DNA from: Adineta vaga
Lineage: Eukaryota > Animalia > Rotifera
Assembly (NCBI GenBank): GCA_021613535.1
Contig: CP075494.1
Span: 2,108,001 to 2,172,000 of the forward strand
Length of the DNA stretch: 64,000 nt
Direction of reading: 5' to 3'
Every line of letters starts with the position of its first letter. Position 1 is the first letter of the stretch. A model generated the notes under the pieces. It made no database searches and was not told the origin of the DNA. It was given only the letters and a program-made list of their open reading frames with translations. The translations under genes were made by a program, and so were the position numbers. Below, piece by piece: positions 63,295 to 64,000 of the stretch.

Positions 63295-63594
63295 CGTTGA
63301 TTATGACAAAAAGATATTGACAATAATGTTTAAATTTAACAAAAAATAATTTAAAAAATCTTTGAGACAAAATCTTAGAAAAGAAGCTTGTCTTCTAATC
63401 TAAGTTAAAGTCGGATTATTTTTTCAGTTTTCTATTCTTGACATTTAATGAGATGATTTTAAAGCGAAGAAGCAAAAAATTCTGTTGATGATTAGATGGC
63501 GAATAATTTCTCTTCCATCTAAAATTTTTCATTGTCGTAAGTGAATCTATGTTAAGACGAACAGTTAATGAACGCGTTTTGAACGCATTGAATG

Positions 63595-63693
63595 TAGGAT
63601 CCGGTGGAACAAAGTTTTTTCGTCCCGATCCCGACGGGATTGGGACCGGGCTCCAGAAAAAAAATAGGATTGGGACAATCTCGCCGGACCCTA
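63595..63693. mobile_element. 99-bp hAT-type MITE with 8-bp target-site duplication
   Basis: TIRs TAGGATCCGG / CCGGACCCTA (9/10 match), flanked by ATTGAATG and ATTGAACG; internal cccga/gggat subterminal repeats. Confidence 0.75.
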
Positions 63694-64000
63694 ATTGAAC
63701 GTACGAAATCGCATTCAGGACGACGCAAACAAAGATATATCGAACTCGTTCAGAATGCACAAGAACACACAAAGAATACGTTCCAAACCGAAGCCGTAGA
63801 CAAGTCACTCTTTTTCTGCCTGGAGTAAGACGGGGGGAGGGGGGGGGAATTATTTAGTTTTTTGGCGTACTAGGCCATCAGGCGCATGTCACAGGCTAAA
63901 TGTTACTTGTGGGTGTGGTGAGATAAGCTGCCATGACCAGTTTCAGTCTTGCTCAACGATCTCATCAGATGATTAATATCTTAATTGAATTTTAAAATCT

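Noticed and set aside
1-64000. Prokaryotic or contaminant origin suggested by the expansin, GH5 and acyltransferase; also rRNA/tRNA genes and an autonomous Athena/Penelope retroelement
   Set aside because: Flanking genes have spliceosomal introns and metazoan families (DEG/ENaC, GPCRs). No RNA-gene structure, reverse transcriptase or transposase ORF was seen.

Overview
AT-rich eukaryotic genomic DNA with short (~45-60 nt) spliceosomal introns. The gene families (Kelch, NHL+7TM, LDLa/EGF-GPCR, TPR+ADP-ribosyltransferase, DEG/ENaC, many intronless rhodopsin-like GPCRs, bacterial- or fungal-type carbohydrate enzymes) and the TGTGGG/TGAGGG repeats point to a bdelloid rotifer; this is inferred, not verified. 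There are about 16 intact or nearly intact genes plus several pseudogenes, gene fragments and small MITEs. Three things stand out. (1) About 25 short head-to-head palindromes built from telomere-type repeats (consensus ATCTTGAGGGTGTGGGTG-spacer-CACCCACACCCTCAAGAT) punctuate the window, mostly between genes. Three sit exactly at gene truncation points, and two copies sharing the same spacer bracket a 4.9-kb cassette of foreign genes. (2) That cassette is a divergent pair of a bacterial-type expansin (EXLX1-like) and a GH5 cellulase. Both lack signal peptides and both carry the same 30-bp-unit RGRSSS polycationic tail; a truncated GH51 arabinofuranosidase lies next to them. (3) A ~2200-aa protein fuses ankyrin, WWE-like, DEAH helicase, class II (CCA/poly(A)-polymerase-like) nucleotidyltransferase and H-Y-E PARP domains. 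The window also encodes a macro-WWE-PARP, a RING-RRM-NYN nuclease and an R-S-E ART-TPR protein. All calls come from reading motifs by eye; no database searches were run.
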